Below, piece by piece: positions 7,925 through 19,400 of a stretch of 58,220 bases of DNA. The stretch lies in the IMG/VR virus record IMGVR_UViG_3300043486_000004, positions 1 to 58,220 of that record. The stretch is one strand, 5' to 3'. Position numbers and translations under genes: made by a program. The stretch comes from a virus (Duplodnaviria > Caudoviricetes). The notes under the pieces are model-generated. The model was not told the origin of the DNA, made no database searches, and saw nothing but the letters and a program-made list of their open reading frames with translations. Every line of letters begins with the position of its first letter. The stretch's first letter is position 1.

Positions 7925-8455
7925 TTAGAGAAGATGCCAGACAGTGCCGTCGCAGAAGCAACGCAGGACGCCGTACTGGACAGTAATAGTTGCCGTCAGC
8001 GCGCCGTCGATCGTTTCAGCCGCGTTGCCATCCACGGTGAGCGTGCCGGCGAACAGAGTTTTGAAAATCATCGTTCTGCCCTTCATGGTAGCGGCAGGCG
8101 GAAGGGTGTGGGTGTCCGGCAGCGTGTTGCCCACCAAGATGATTTGAGCCATCTCGGCGTTTGTGTACGTCACATCCCCCGTGGTGCTGCGCGTGATCCT
8201 GTGAATCGGATCGAACGGAAGCCATTGCGTGCCGTCAGAGGCGTACAGCACCTTGCCGTAAACGGTGTGATTGACCCAAACAAGGCAGCGATCGTACGCG
8301 GCCGGCGCAAACGTCGATGCGACATTGGCCTCTGTCAGCAACGTGGCTTCGTGGATTGGAAACGGTTGGTCGAAAATTTCTTTGAAATTGTCGTCCATGG
8401 TGCCGTCCCAACCGTTCGTACCGCTACCGATGGGAATTCTAAGGGGACGTGCCAT
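7925..8455 (-). CDS. Short tail fibre / receptor-binding-like protein
   Basis: TLPPAA..GRTMIFK..LTVDGNAAETIDG...CDGTVW fibre-like C-terminal motif; last structural gene of the tail block. Confidence 0.65.
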   Translation of the reverse strand: MARPLRIPIGSGTNGWDGTMDDNFKEIFDQPFPIHEATLLTEANVASTFAPAAYDRCLVWVNHTVYGKVLYASDGTQWLPFDPIHRITRSTTGDVTYTNAEMAQIILVGNTLPDTHTLPPAATMKGRTMIFKTLFAGTLTVDGNAAETIDGALTATITVQYGVLRCFCDGTVWHLL

Positions 8456-8458
8456 TGT

Positions 8459-11203
8459 TTAGATGTGGGTAACCGTGTACGTGATCGGATTGGAAGAGTA
8501 GCCGTTGTACGAGTGGGTCACTCGCACCTTGAATGTGCCGTTGCTGATCGGCGCTGCTGCAAGCGTGGCCGTAGCGTAGACGACGACTGCAACGATCAGG
8601 TGTTGTGTGGAAACCACAACGCCACCAGCCGTGAGTAGCTCCACGATGAAGAAGCCCTTGGGTATTGCAGTGCCGATCGCAGCGCCGGCCGCTTGGAAGC
8701 CCGCGCCAGTGCTCTTGCCAACCGAGGACGACCAGGACCAGGCAACCGTCACGTCGTCACCCGTGCGCCACACAGGCGAGCCCAGGAACGGTGCTTGGGT
8801 GTGAAGGTTCTCTGGGTCGATTGGAACGAGACCTTTCCCGCGAAGGAGCATGCCGAAGGCAGGCACAGCGTTGAGGCCCATCGAACCCAGAGAACCAATC
8901 GGTTGCGCCTTGACGTACAGATCTTCGGCCGGCTGGAGCAGGATGTCTTGGAATGCGTCGAAAGTCGTGTTTTCGAAGATGAAAACCTGAGCACCGATTG
9001 GGTGCGTCAGCTTGCGCGTGTCGTAGCGAGCGCGCAGGAGACCGTCCAGTCGATACTGAAGCCCGCCCATCGCAGTAATTTTCTGAGCGAAACAAATCTC
9101 CATCCCAGCACTGGAGTAAATGACCACGAGCTGGCGGCCGAGGCCGAAATTCGTCGGATCTGCCGAGAGATCCAGCGCTGTGCCAATATCCGGCCCCTCG
9201 AGGAGGAAGGTTGGGCCGTTTGTCAGGAACGTGTAGCTGTCTGCGGCCAAGGCCACGTCTGTGAGCCCGCCTGTGGCGTAGCCGTCCTCGCTGCCCAGGA
9301 GCGTGTACGAGGAGTCGTCCCTCGAGATGTGAATTGCAGACTCGTTGATCTGAGCATGCGCGCGGATCTGCGGGACGATCAGGAACATTTCCTCTGTGGT
9401 GAGGAGTTGCTCAGGAATTTCGAGTGCGATTGTTTCCTTGTTCAATTCCGTCTTGAGATGGCCAGAGGAGCCTCCGAACGGATCGGCAACAAAGTCAGAC
9501 TTGCGACCTCCGAAGAAGTCAGGGAATACGCTGATTTGAGTTGTTTCCGAAAGAACGTCAGGACTGACCGCGATCACGCGCAAAACTTCGTCGAAATCGT
9601 CGTCCACGATCGCCATGCCTGGGATTAGGGTGCGAGCGCCGCGCGAAGCTTCGATCCGGAACACCCCTGCGCCGGCAAGCTCTTCCTGCGAGCGCAGTGC
9701 AAGTAAGTGTGAGGCCGTGGTGAAGTGAACAATCGAGGCCATTTGCACGGTTTTAGGCCGCGCATGCTTCATGTAGCTGATTTGGCCGTCCTCGGACTCG
9801 CCAATTGTCATGTCGCTGTAGCCGTGATCTCGGTCGGTGAAGCTGAAGACCATGATGTCGGCCGTCTTCTCACCGTGGAGGCTCTCGATCTCTGGACGCT
9901 TATCGCTGCGCAGGAACGCAGTCAGGTTGGGCAAGATGCCAACGGGCTCGCGCACGCGCTGGAACTTCAGCATTCCAGTGGAAGTGTCGAATGGGACCAT
10001 CGTGCCGTGGTCTTGGAGCGCTGTGCCGAGGATCGCCTGTGCAGATTCACCATCGACGCCGACCAAAGACGCTCGCCAGCCGTCTGCCTCGGCCTCCATA
10101 CCAAGCGCCTCGAGCGATTGGATGTCCCAGGGCTCAGGTTCGCCCTGGCCAAGTTCCAGGCCCAGCGGATATGGAGCAAACAAAAGCTCAGCAATGGCGT
10201 GCGCGACGTTCGCGCCGTTGTCGGTCGCAAAAGTGAAGGCCTCCACGGTGCCCACGGCATTTGAGCCGGCCGTGCCGGTCTCTAGGAAGATGCGAGTGCG
10301 TGGAGTTTTGATCGGGAAGCCGTCCCAAGTGGTTCCGATCACTACGAAGACCAGTGTTGCGCGACGGACGACGTAGTTTCCGTTCGCCAGGCCATTGCCT
10401 GTGAGCGCCATCGGCTGGCCAGGGTCAAGCTCCTGTGTGAAGTCGCCGGCAACTTCGATGTAGCCAGTATCAGGCGCTGCGGAGCCCACGTTTCCAGTAA
10501 TTGTTGCAGTTACGCCGCTGAGAATCGGCGTGGGCTCATACCATGGCTGAGATAGGGTCAAGACCCCGTTTGTCGGCCTTCTTTCAAGCTCATAATTGAG
10601 AATTTGCCAGTTGGCCGAGGTCCCCAGGCGCTTCTCGATCCAGTAGATGTAGCAACAATACGGCCACTTCGAGGCGATGCCCAGCCGCGACGGATCGGCG
10701 AGGAGTGAACAAATCGGCTGTGTAGGCTCTCCCCAGTAGATTTGGAACGATCCCTCTTTGCCGAGGTCGATCGTCGATCCGCTGGGGTGCGACACGCTGG
10801 TAATAACTCCAGACATGATCGGGGTGCCGGCTTGAGTGATCCCGTGCAGCGCGTGGCAAGGTCCCACGGACAATTGATGCCAGCCGGCCTCGTACCACAC
10901 ATCTTGCTTCGGACTGCTGCCGCCCTTGCCGCCGCTCAGCTTCTCTTTCTTCTTCCGGCGCTCGCCTGCCCAGCCAAAGCACGGCCCCGCCATGCGGATG
11001 CCGTTGACCCACGTAATGTAGGAACCCCTAGTGGTGAGCGTCGTCGGTTTGTCGTCTTGGATCGGCGACTTGAACTTCTTCTTCATCAACTGGGCCGCGA
11101 GGATGGACAGGCCAACGTAAATGACCATCCACACAAGCTCAGCACCAGTGCCGCACTCTTTGTTTGCGAAGTCGCCTTTGCGCAGAATCTTCAAGCAACC
11201 CAC
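8459..11203 (-). CDS. Tail tip / central fibre protein (GTA gp15 / lambda J-like)
   Basis: ~915 codons from a GTG start (track start 11305). LDGLLRARYDT..HPIGAQVF motif; follows the NlpC/P60 and BR0599-like genes. Confidence 0.8.
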   Translation of the reverse strand: MGCLKILRKGDFANKECGTGAELVWMVIYVGLSILAAQLMKKKFKSPIQDDKPTTLTTRGSYITWVNGIRMAGPCFGWAGERRKKKEKLSGGKGGSSPKQDVWYEAGWHQLSVGPCHALHGITQAGTPIMSGVITSVSHPSGSTIDLGKEGSFQIYWGEPTQPICSLLADPSRLGIASKWPYCCYIYWIEKRLGTSANWQILNYELERRPTNGVLTLSQPWYEPTPILSGVTATITGNVGSAAPDTGYIEVAGDFTQELDPGQPMALTGNGLANGNYVVRRATLVFVVIGTTWDGFPIKTPRTRIFLETGTAGSNAVGTVEAFTFATDNGANVAHAIAELLFAPYPLGLELGQGEPEPWDIQSLEALGMEAEADGWRASLVGVDGESAQAILGTALQDHGTMVPFDTSTGMLKFQRVREPVGILPNLTAFLRSDKRPEIESLHGEKTADIMVFSFTDRDHGYSDMTIGESEDGQISYMKHARPKTVQMASIVHFTTASHLLALRSQEELAGAGVFRIEASRGARTLIPGMAIVDDDFDEVLRVIAVSPDVLSETTQISVFPDFFGGRKSDFVADPFGGSSGHLKTELNKETIALEIPEQLLTTEEMFLIVPQIRAHAQINESAIHISRDDSSYTLLGSEDGYATGGLTDVALAADSYTFLTNGPTFLLEGPDIGTALDLSADPTNFGLGRQLVVIYSSAGMEICFAQKITAMGGLQYRLDGLLRARYDTRKLTHPIGAQVFIFENTTFDAFQDILLQPAEDLYVKAQPIGSLGSMGLNAVPAFGMLLRGKGLVPIDPENLHTQAPFLGSPVWRTGDDVTVAWSWSSSVGKSTGAGFQAAGAAIGTAIPKGFFIVELLTAGGVVVSTQHLIVAVVVYATATLAAAPISNGTFKVRVTHSYNGYSSNPITYTVTHI

Positions 11204-11718
11204 CTTTCTCTGTCGCCGATGCGGTAGAGCCCGAAGACACGCTCGTAGCCTGAGAACAGGCTCCAGCCGGATCGATTGACGCCTGGACCCGCTGTGCAGT
11301 GCCAAAGAGTGTTGGGTTGTGGCCCGACAGTCATCATGTGCCCAGGGCCGCCTGCGCCTGAAGCAACAATGAGGATGTCCAAGGGCTGTGCGTATAGAAC
11401 GCCTTCAAACGGCAGCACCCTGAAGCAAGGTTCGTAGAGCCTGCGGATCTCCATGACCGCTTCTTTTGCCTTGGTCGGGTTGTGCAGCGCTGTGTCCGCA
11501 GGCAGTGACGGCGCTTGTGCTCGAGGGCGGCCGTCAACGTCATCTACGTGGCCGCAGCCAAAGCCGATGCAGTCAGCCTCAACCCCGCGCAGGCGCTGAC
11601 CGCTGCGGTACTTGGTGCGTTCCCACAGAGCGAGAGAGCGCTCGATCTTAGGCAGCGCTGCGGACAGCTCCAGGGGCAGCGGGGACCACACAAGAGTGAG
11701 GGCGAAAACTCTCATCAA
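11191..11718 (-). CDS. NlpC/P60-family tail-associated peptidase
   Basis: WERTKYRSGQRLRGVEADCIGF with GHM and LWH (Cys-His-His). Confidence 0.8.
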   Translation of the reverse strand: MMRVFALTLVWSPLPLELSAALPKIERSLALWERTKYRSGQRLRGVEADCIGFGCGHVDDVDGRPRAQAPSLPADTALHNPTKAKEAVMEIRRLYEPCFRVLPFEGVLYAQPLDILIVASGAGGPGHMMTVGPQPNTLWHCTAGPGVNRSGWSLFSGYERVFGLYRIGDRERWVA

Positions 11719-12572
11719 CCCCTCTCGTACATGGGGTTGTAGTCGAGCATTCCGTACCCCAATCCCATGAAGTTTTCTTCGTTATCCCATTGTTCGCGAC
11801 AGCCCTCGATTGTTTTTGGGCAGCCAGGAACGAACTTGATAGAGGTTGCGCCGGCCAATAGCCAGTCTGTGGGCGGTCGGCGACGGAGCACGAAGACGGA
11901 CGGGTCTGAGAGCTGCCAGATCCGAATTCCGATCTTCAGTCCGTCTTTCTCGAGGAAGCCCTTTTCCCAGTGGCGATCGACATTCCCACCAGGCGAGGAC
12001 GGCGCAGTCAAGGCGACATTTGCCGAGACGGTAATTTCTTGTCCGTCCATCGATGCGATCTGACCGAAGGCGCGATGGGAGGCCTCGGCCCTCTTCAGTG
12101 CGCAGGCAGTCCGGAAGAGCGCCCAGTTGCAGGTTCCGTTGCATTGCAGGCCCATCGGCACGTCGATGCGTGACTTCACCATCTTGGCGAAGAAAGCCAC
12201 CATGCCGTTGTCCCCTTGGAAGTTCGCCACGGTGCGCGTGACACGACCTTTGAATTGTTCCAGATCTCGAGGGGCATCAACGCCGAACCCGGTCGTAACC
12301 TCGATCACGCGAACAAATATCGGAGAGTGAGGTAGGCCGTTGGCTGCGTTGCCTGAGAAAGCGTCTTCAGGCATGACTATGCGCGTTTCGCGATCGTCGA
12401 ATGTGCCGACATTTTCAGCCAGCTCGATCTCGAGGTTCTCTTTGGACGAGAACCCGCGCGTGTCTTGCGACAGGTCGGTGTATCGTGAATAAACAGGTGC
12501 GGTGGGATCTCCGTACCGGAACTCGACTAGCAGGTGTCCGCCTTTGTTCGGACTACCTAGAGCAGTTGACAT
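11715..12572 (-). CDS. Tail hub protein (DUF2163/BR0599, GTA gp13-like, Fe-S Cys motif)
   Basis: CNWALFRTAC and PGCPKTIEGCREQWDNEENFMG. Confidence 0.85.
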   Translation of the reverse strand: MSTALGSPNKGGHLLVEFRYGDPTAPVYSRYTDLSQDTRGFSSKENLEIELAENVGTFDDRETRIVMPEDAFSGNAANGLPHSPIFVRVIEVTTGFGVDAPRDLEQFKGRVTRTVANFQGDNGMVAFFAKMVKSRIDVPMGLQCNGTCNWALFRTACALKRAEASHRAFGQIASMDGQEITVSANVALTAPSSPGGNVDRHWEKGFLEKDGLKIGIRIWQLSDPSVFVLRRRPPTDWLLAGATSIKFVPGCPKTIEGCREQWDNEENFMGLGYGMLDYNPMYERG

Positions 12573-12582
12573 CTATTGCCTC

Positions 12583-14235
12583 CTAGATTTCCGCCTGAGC
12601 TTCCTCGAGCGCTTCCAAGAAGTCAAGCTGTGTTCGCATGTAACACAGGTGGGACCACTCCTCGGTCAGCTCATCGGATTCGAAACGAGTGACGCGCGCA
12701 CGCGCAATGTGATCCACGTCGTTGATGTCGAGCGATCCAGGCAGCACAGGATCGACCGTGATTCTGAACACCGTCAGGATCTGTTGAATCGTGACGGCCT
12801 CGCGCACGTACACCGTGCCGTCCTTCATAACAATGCCTATCCAGCCGCCTTCGAACTCGGCTTGGAAGTCTGCGAAGTCACCCAATTCGAACACGGAAAC
12901 AAAGGCTCCAGACACGTCGAAGGCAGCGATATCCCAGATAAACTCCTGATCCGTCAGCCAGAACGTGCGCAGGCGGCCCATTCGAGTGTCAAAAAACTCG
13001 ACAATGGGCCACATGTCATCGCGGTTGCCGGTCAAGCTGAAGCTGTGAGTCTGTCTCGAGCGCGCGGCCTGGATTGAGACCCGCATGGTGCGGCCGACTT
13101 GATACTCACGTCCTTGACGGTCGCGGCCGACTTCAACACCTTCGATCCAGTCAGGTTCGACAGTGAAGATCGGGATGCCGTTGAAGGTCTGGGCATCGAC
13201 CGGAATGTCAGAGTGCAACGGCGGAAGCTGCGAAGGACCGAAAACCTCCCGAACGGACATCTCCACGCGGCCGTGGCAGTCCTTTTGTTTCTTCATCGAA
13301 GCTCGCAACACTACTTCGCAGTCGATCATCGGGAGGATGATCGTTGTGGATGCACGAAGGTTTGCACCGAGTATGTTGTCGAGAACCAAACGGTCTGATT
13401 GTTTGTCAGTAATCAGGAACAGCGAGTGGGAGAGGTAGCTGCCTCTGTAATCAGTCGCCACGATCGCGATGCGCTGTCCAAGGAACCAGCGCCCTTGGGT
13501 TGTGTCGAAGAAAAGAGTGTCCTCCGTGCTCAGGTAGTCGCGATCGAGTTCTTTCTGATCGCAGTACAGGGGAATGGCAATGCGCTCGTTCGTCAGCTTG
13601 CGCAACATGACCAACAACCGATCCATGCGCGATTGCTCTTCCAATTCCCAAACCAGATCCATTGTTCGCGTAGGTTTCGCCAGGAGTGCTCTGCGAGCCT
13701 CAGATCCGTTGGTAGCGCTTTGCGAAATGTCCGTGGAATAGCTGCTGCGCAGGCGCAGTGCTGTTACCCAATTGTGGAGGAAGATCTCATGCCCTGCCGC
13801 AAGTGGCAGGGGGATGACGTACGGCAACAAAGACTCACGAGCGACGATTTCGAACGAGATCCGCGTAATGCGGGCTCTGACGGCCGCCGTGGGCTGTGCC
13901 GCCAATGTCGCGACTTCGGCGTCAAGGCGTGAGACACGAGCGCGCTGGACCTCGTTTGTAACAACCTCAATCGATTGCCTGGTGATAAATGCCCGAACGG
14001 CCGTGGTCGGGCCGGCTGCCAAGGTCGCGATCTCTGCATCAAGGCGAGAGACCATTGCTTTGGCGGGCTCCACTGAAACAACTTCAATAGACTGCCGGCT
14101 GATCCTGGCCCTGACGGCCGTAGTCGCTTCCGTGGCTTTTGTTGCTATCTCGGCATCAAGTCGGGAGACCCGCGCGCTGGTGGACTCAGCGCTAACGACC
14201 TCAAACGACTGCCGAGTGATCCGGGCTGCGACCAT
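12583..14235 (-). CDS. Distal tail-like protein with N-terminal 39-aa repeats
   Basis: Three-plus ARITRQSxEVV..ARVSRLDAEIAT repeats, HNW motif, FFDTRMGRLRTFW; position upstream of the hub gene. Confidence 0.7.
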   Translation of the reverse strand: MVAARITRQSFEVVSAESTSARVSRLDAEIATKATEATTAVRARISRQSIEVVSVEPAKAMVSRLDAEIATLAAGPTTAVRAFITRQSIEVVTNEVQRARVSRLDAEVATLAAQPTAAVRARITRISFEIVARESLLPYVIPLPLAAGHEIFLHNWVTALRLRSSYSTDISQSATNGSEARRALLAKPTRTMDLVWELEEQSRMDRLLVMLRKLTNERIAIPLYCDQKELDRDYLSTEDTLFFDTTQGRWFLGQRIAIVATDYRGSYLSHSLFLITDKQSDRLVLDNILGANLRASTTIILPMIDCEVVLRASMKKQKDCHGRVEMSVREVFGPSQLPPLHSDIPVDAQTFNGIPIFTVEPDWIEGVEVGRDRQGREYQVGRTMRVSIQAARSRQTHSFSLTGNRDDMWPIVEFFDTRMGRLRTFWLTDQEFIWDIAAFDVSGAFVSVFELGDFADFQAEFEGGWIGIVMKDGTVYVREAVTIQQILTVFRITVDPVLPGSLDINDVDHIARARVTRFESDELTEEWSHLCYMRTQLDFLEALEEAQAEI

Positions 14236-14238
14236 GGA

Positions 14239-15363
14239 TCAAGCCGAGAGCTTGAAGCCGAGTTGCATCGCGTTGATGTCTGCGATCACCCAGGGCACGC
14301 CTGTGTTGGGATCGTTCTCAAGGGTGTCTTGCATGCCCTCCATCGAAGAGCTGTTGAGCGCCAGTAGCACGCCAGATCCAACCTGGGCCGGAGATCCAGT
14401 GGTCTTTCGGTAGAAAAACTCCACATCTCGAACGCCGCCAGTGTCCATGCGACCGTACATGCGAACCTGCACACCGACGATTGTTGTTTGCGTAATCAGC
14501 GACAGGTTGCCCATCGTCGCCAGTGTGATTTGGCCCACCACATCGCTGGTGCAACCCTTGTCATCCTCGGCAACTGATTGGACAGTTTGGCCCTCGTCGA
14601 TGGCATCTTCAACTGTGGTAGCGCCGCCCGCGAGTGCCCACTGGTTCGTGCTGCCTGTCCCGTCTGGCTTCAGACCTTCGATGAAAAGCTCGCCCAGGAA
14701 GTCATTGTTTACAGATCCTGCGGAATCTAGCAGATAGATGTCTGTAATCGAGATCTGATCCGATCCGCCTGTATCCCAGGACAGCACAGCACGGTCAGCG
14801 CCTGCCGTGCCCTGGTTCGCCGTGTTGATACCAGTGTTGGCAGCGTCCCAGGTAGCCGTGTTGTTTCGCGATTTGCGCGTGTGCCACTTCAGCGAGAAGG
14901 AACCATTCGTGGTGGTGTTGATCGTCACCTTCCACTCGAAGTACGTCCAATTGTTTATCGAGTTCGTTTGATTGAACGTCTCGACAGTGCGGGCCAGCTC
15001 TGTTGCGCCTCGCATGACCCGCAAACGAAACCGACCTCCACCAGGCTTTGTCTCAGAAACATCGACGGCTTCGATGCGAATTTGTTCGCCAACGCCATCC
15101 TTGAACATGATTCCGGGGCGCGCGGTCGGCGAGGCGTCCAGCGTTCCAGAAACCATGTTGGTGCGGAAGCCCGCAACCCAGGTATTTGTGACAGATCCGC
15201 GCAGTGCAAACGTGGTCAAGACCAAGTTAGTGGAGTTGAAGACCGTGCGCCCCCAAGCGTCCACGGCCGTTGCGCCGATCGATCCGGCTGTAACTGCGTA
15301 GAGCCTCGAGAAGATCGTGGCGTTCGCGCAGCCCTGTCCACCTTCGAGATGCCGAAGTGTCAT
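14239..15363 (-). CDS. Virion structural protein (paralog of 15360-16406)
   Basis: Beta-rich; YFEWKVT, DIYLLD..NNDFLG, DPNTGVPW...MQLG. Confidence 0.7.
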   Translation of the reverse strand: MTLRHLEGGQGCANATIFSRLYAVTAGSIGATAVDAWGRTVFNSTNLVLTTFALRGSVTNTWVAGFRTNMVSGTLDASPTARPGIMFKDGVGEQIRIEAVDVSETKPGGGRFRLRVMRGATELARTVETFNQTNSINNWTYFEWKVTINTTTNGSFSLKWHTRKSRNNTATWDAANTGINTANQGTAGADRAVLSWDTGGSDQISITDIYLLDSAGSVNNDFLGELFIEGLKPDGTGSTNQWALAGGATTVEDAIDEGQTVQSVAEDDKGCTSDVVGQITLATMGNLSLITQTTIVGVQVRMYGRMDTGGVRDVEFFYRKTTGSPAQVGSGVLLALNSSSMEGMQDTLENDPNTGVPWVIADINAMQLGFKLSA

Positions 15364-16406
15364 ACGATCACAACTCCGAATTCGCCGCCTTGGATGTCGG
15401 ACACATCCCAGGCCGCAGCGGACTGAGGATTCAAGTCCATGATGTCCACAAATTCGTCGTAGGCCGTGAGCGCAACCGTGTGTGTTGCGATGTCCGCTTC
15501 ACTGCCGCCGTTGTCACGGAAGCGTGTCTTCACGTCTCTTGAGCCCGCCGCAGCCATTGCTAGCTGCGTTCCGAGCTGGATGAAGTGAATTGCCCCGAGG
15601 ACTTGTGTCAGATCTTCGTAGGCGTACGTGTCTTTTTGCCCGGATGTGTCAGAGCTATTTGTTCCACCACCACCAGAATCATCGGGAGCTTGGTCGCCCG
15701 GATCGTCCACGTTGTTGAAGTTGGAACCTACCGCAGGGTCGTTTGTCCATTGCGTAGTGGTTCCTGCGCCGTTTGGCAATCGACCTTCGACCAGGACAGG
15801 CCCAAGGAAGTCATTGTTTGTCGCCCCAGTGGTGTCCACGACATACATGTCATCGAAGAGCACGTTGATGCCAAGGTTCGATGAGAAGCGCATTGCCCAA
15901 GAGTCAGCGTCGTTGGTGCCCACGTTGGCAGTGTTCACTCCGGAGGCAGACACAGCCGCCACGCCGTTGTGACGAATCTCGTAGGACCCGCCTGCGCCCG
16001 TGGCCATCGTCACCTTCCATTCGAAGTAGTGCCACACGGCGTAGGCGTATGTTGCCGTGGTGATCGCGAGCTGCGTTGCGCCGCGCATCAACCTGACTTC
16101 GAAGCTTAGTGCGTTGTTTACGAATTCCAGGCGGACTTGCTGGAGACTCGTCTTTTCGAAGTAGAACCCCTGCGATCCGGAGTTCATCGCCACTTGCTGT
16201 GAGGCAATCCGAACTCCGAAGCCGTGAACAAGTGTGTTTTGCAATCCGAAGCTAGGGACTGCCAGCACCAGGGAAATAACGCCGCTCGAGGAGCCGAAGA
16301 CACGACCCGAAGAGATCGAAGGCGTCCCAGTTGCCGTGGCGTACTTGCGCGCAAACTGCGTCGCGATTTGGTGGGTTTCGAACCCTTCACACCAGCGTGC
16401 GACCAT
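15360..16406 (-). CDS. Virion structural protein (paralog of 14239-15363)
   Basis: WCEGFE, YFEWKVT, DMYVVD..NNDFLG, NPQSAAAW...GEFG. Confidence 0.7.
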   Translation of the reverse strand: MVARWCEGFETHQIATQFARKYATATGTPSISSGRVFGSSSGVISLVLAVPSFGLQNTLVHGFGVRIASQQVAMNSGSQGFYFEKTSLQQVRLEFVNNALSFEVRLMRGATQLAITTATYAYAVWHYFEWKVTMATGAGGSYEIRHNGVAAVSASGVNTANVGTNDADSWAMRFSSNLGINVLFDDMYVVDTTGATNNDFLGPVLVEGRLPNGAGTTTQWTNDPAVGSNFNNVDDPGDQAPDDSGGGGTNSSDTSGQKDTYAYEDLTQVLGAIHFIQLGTQLAMAAAGSRDVKTRFRDNGGSEADIATHTVALTAYDEFVDIMDLNPQSAAAWDVSDIQGGEFGVVIV

Positions 16407-16408
16407 AG

Positions 16409-19400
16409 CTATTTTTTCCCTGTGTTGATGATGCCCCTCACCGTCGAAGCATTCTCCCGCATGAAGCGCAAGAAAGCATTACGGCCGCCATTCATTTGTC
16501 GATCCAGTGCGCGTTCCGAGGTCACCTGGACCGGCAGCACTTGGATGGTGCCTTGATCGTCATGGCTGCGCGCAGGCGCGCGTTGGCGCTCGCGCAGGCC
16601 TGTGGAGACCAATCCGCCCCGCGCCATGCCGCCAGCGCTCGCGTGCTCAGGCGTAGGGATGCTGGAGCTTGGAACGCGCAACCGACCTTGATTGACCTTC
16701 TTGAAGAAATCTAGGCCCATGCTCTTGACAACCGACTTGCGAACCACGAATTCACCAGGGGTGAGCCAGGCAGGAACCGTGTCGCTTTGCGGGATGTGCT
16801 TCGGACGGCCGCCACGGGCCAGGCCTTCAGCGCGCCGGCTGAAGTGATCGAAGTCAGGAAGCACACGGCCGCCACTAGCGAAGGCCTGCGGAACAACCCC
16901 GCCGCTTGACGCCGCGAAGGACGTGGCCGCCTTGATAGCTGCGGCTGTCTCGGCCGCCGCGATCTCCGTGGCCGCAGCCTCGAGCGCCGCAGCGGTGCGG
17001 ATGCCAGCCGCAGTTGTTGCCGATGTGACTTCAACCGTTGCTGTGGATTCAGCGCCTAGCAGCTTGGCCAGATTGACTTCGACAAGGTTTTGCAGGATCA
17101 GTTGAGCGATCGACTGCAACAATCGACCAAACTTCTCCTCTACACTTCCATCCGCATTGGGGTCGAATGCTGCCCCGATCGCTTCGGTAACAAAGCTTGC
17201 GAATTGCGTGACCATGCCACGCGCGATGTTGATGCCGGCTTCGAAGGCAGTCGGCAGCTCCAAGGCGATGTCAGCAAGCCCACGTTTGAAGCCCTCTGTG
17301 ATTGAAGCGTTTTCGCGAAGCGCTGCCTCCTGGCGAGCGATCTCCAGAGACTTCAGACGCACGGCAGCGATTTGTTGCTCAAGCTCGAGCTGACTTTGCA
17401 GAGCCAGGACGTGAGCATTCAGCGCATCGGCATCCTCACCAGTGGCTTTATCGGCACGCGCCTTCTCGGCGTTGATCTCGGCTTGTTTCTGTGCCGTGGT
17501 GATAGCCAGCTCTGTGCGAGCCAGATTGATAGCGTTCTCTGCCTCAACGATTGCCTGCCGGCGAGCGCCTAGGCGCAGTTGTTGCACCGTCAGTAGTGCC
17601 TGTTCGGCGGCCAATTCGGCTTGAGCACTCTTGTTGCTCTTGTTTACGTCGGCTGTGGCCTCCAGAGCCAGGATCGCAGCTCTCTTGGTAGCGATGTCCA
17701 GCCCAGCCTTCTCGCTCTCGAGAATAGCTTCGGTGAGGTCAGCACGATCGCGCAGCAGTGACGTGACTACTGCGTTGTCTTGTTTGCCTTCGGCATCCAG
17801 GGCCGCTAGCCTGTTTTTGTTTTCTTCAGAAGCGACTTGCTTGGAAAGCTCAAGGCGCTCGCGGTTTCTGGCGACATTGCGCTCGACAGCGATGTTGATG
17901 TCGTCATTGACCTTCTTCAGCGCTTGCTGGATCTTCTTCAGACGTTCGGCATTGGCGATTTCTGTTTGCGTGAAGATGCCTTCGATCTGGCCGGCAGTAC
18001 CGCCAAGTCCAGCAGTCTTCTTCACGTTCTTGAACTCGATACCAACAGCGCGCAGCTCATCCTGAAGCTTCAGCAGATCTTCCGCGAGTGCTTGGATCTC
18101 GGTGTCGGCCGAGGAGATGATCGGCGTGAATTCCTTGCCGGCTGCGGCGGCCTCTTTCTTGGCACGTAGGAAGCCCTCGAGGTCGAAGTCCGGATTGAAC
18201 CCGGTGCCTTGTGCTTCACGGGCGCTGGCTTCGCCAACGATTTTCGCGATCTCTTCCTGAAGTGCTTTTTGTTTGGCAAGCGCTTCGTTCTTGCGTGTCT
18301 CGATCTCGAGCGTGAATTGTTGATCGCGCTTTTGTTTATCGTTGGTGCGCCCTCGCTCGATTTGAAGCTGTTCGGCTACTAGGCGTTCGACTTCTTTGAA
18401 GTCGCCCTTGATAGCCGCAATGTCCACTCGGCTGCCTTGGATGAGGGTGCGCAGCTTCTGGCCAATCGTCAGGCCTGTCTCTTCGATGCTGTGCCCGATG
18501 CTCAGACCGAAGTGAACTAGGGAGGCTTCGGCTTCTGCGATGCCTTGCACCAAGGCCAGCAGCGTGATCTGGATTGTTTCCTTGAGGGACAGATCGACTT
18601 GGAAGATGGCGCTTTCCATGCGCCGGAAGCCTTCGAGGGCCACAGCTAGCGTGGCTGCCAGTCCCAGGATTCCGAGCGCGCCAGCCTTGATGTTTCTGCC
18701 CAGCGTGGCCGCCGCTCCGCCAGCGGCCTCGAGCTTGGTGAGGAGCGCACCCAGCGCAGGAATCATCGACCTAGCAAAGCCCAGGATGTTCCTGAAGTTG
18801 AGACCAATCAACCCGAGCGTATTGTTCCAGACAACGGTAGAGGCCAGCACTATGCCTAGTGCGGCAGCGGCTTGCCCCAGTTGCTTTGTGGTCAATCCGA
18901 AGAAGTCAGCAATCGATCGCACCACACCGACGATCACTCGCAGAGTGACCAGGAATGTTTGCGCGAAGCCGATTGCGAATTGGATGGCAGCGGACAGGGC
19001 TGCGCCGACAGCGCGGAAGGCAGAGATCGCGCCTTCAAAGCCCACAGAGGTAGCAACGTCGCGGATTCTCTTGACCCCATCGGTGAGGGCATCAAAGACC
19101 ACCTTGAACGCAGCGACGGCCTTCGGATTGGGCTTCAGCTCACCCAGCTCGTTGCGGATCGTCAGGACTTGATTGAAGACAGCCTTGCCGAGGGACAACA
19201 ACTCATTGAACAATGGCTGTGCCGCTTCGCCTAGCAGCGCTTGCACGGCATCCGTCACCAGGTTCTTGATGCCAGACAGGGTTGATTGCGCTTGCTTCTC
19301 GGCGGCCTCGCCGAAGGTCTTGAACTTGGCCTCGAGGAAATCGAACAGCTTGCCGGTCTCTTTGAGCCGGCGAATGTCCGCGTTAGAAATCCCAAGTGCC

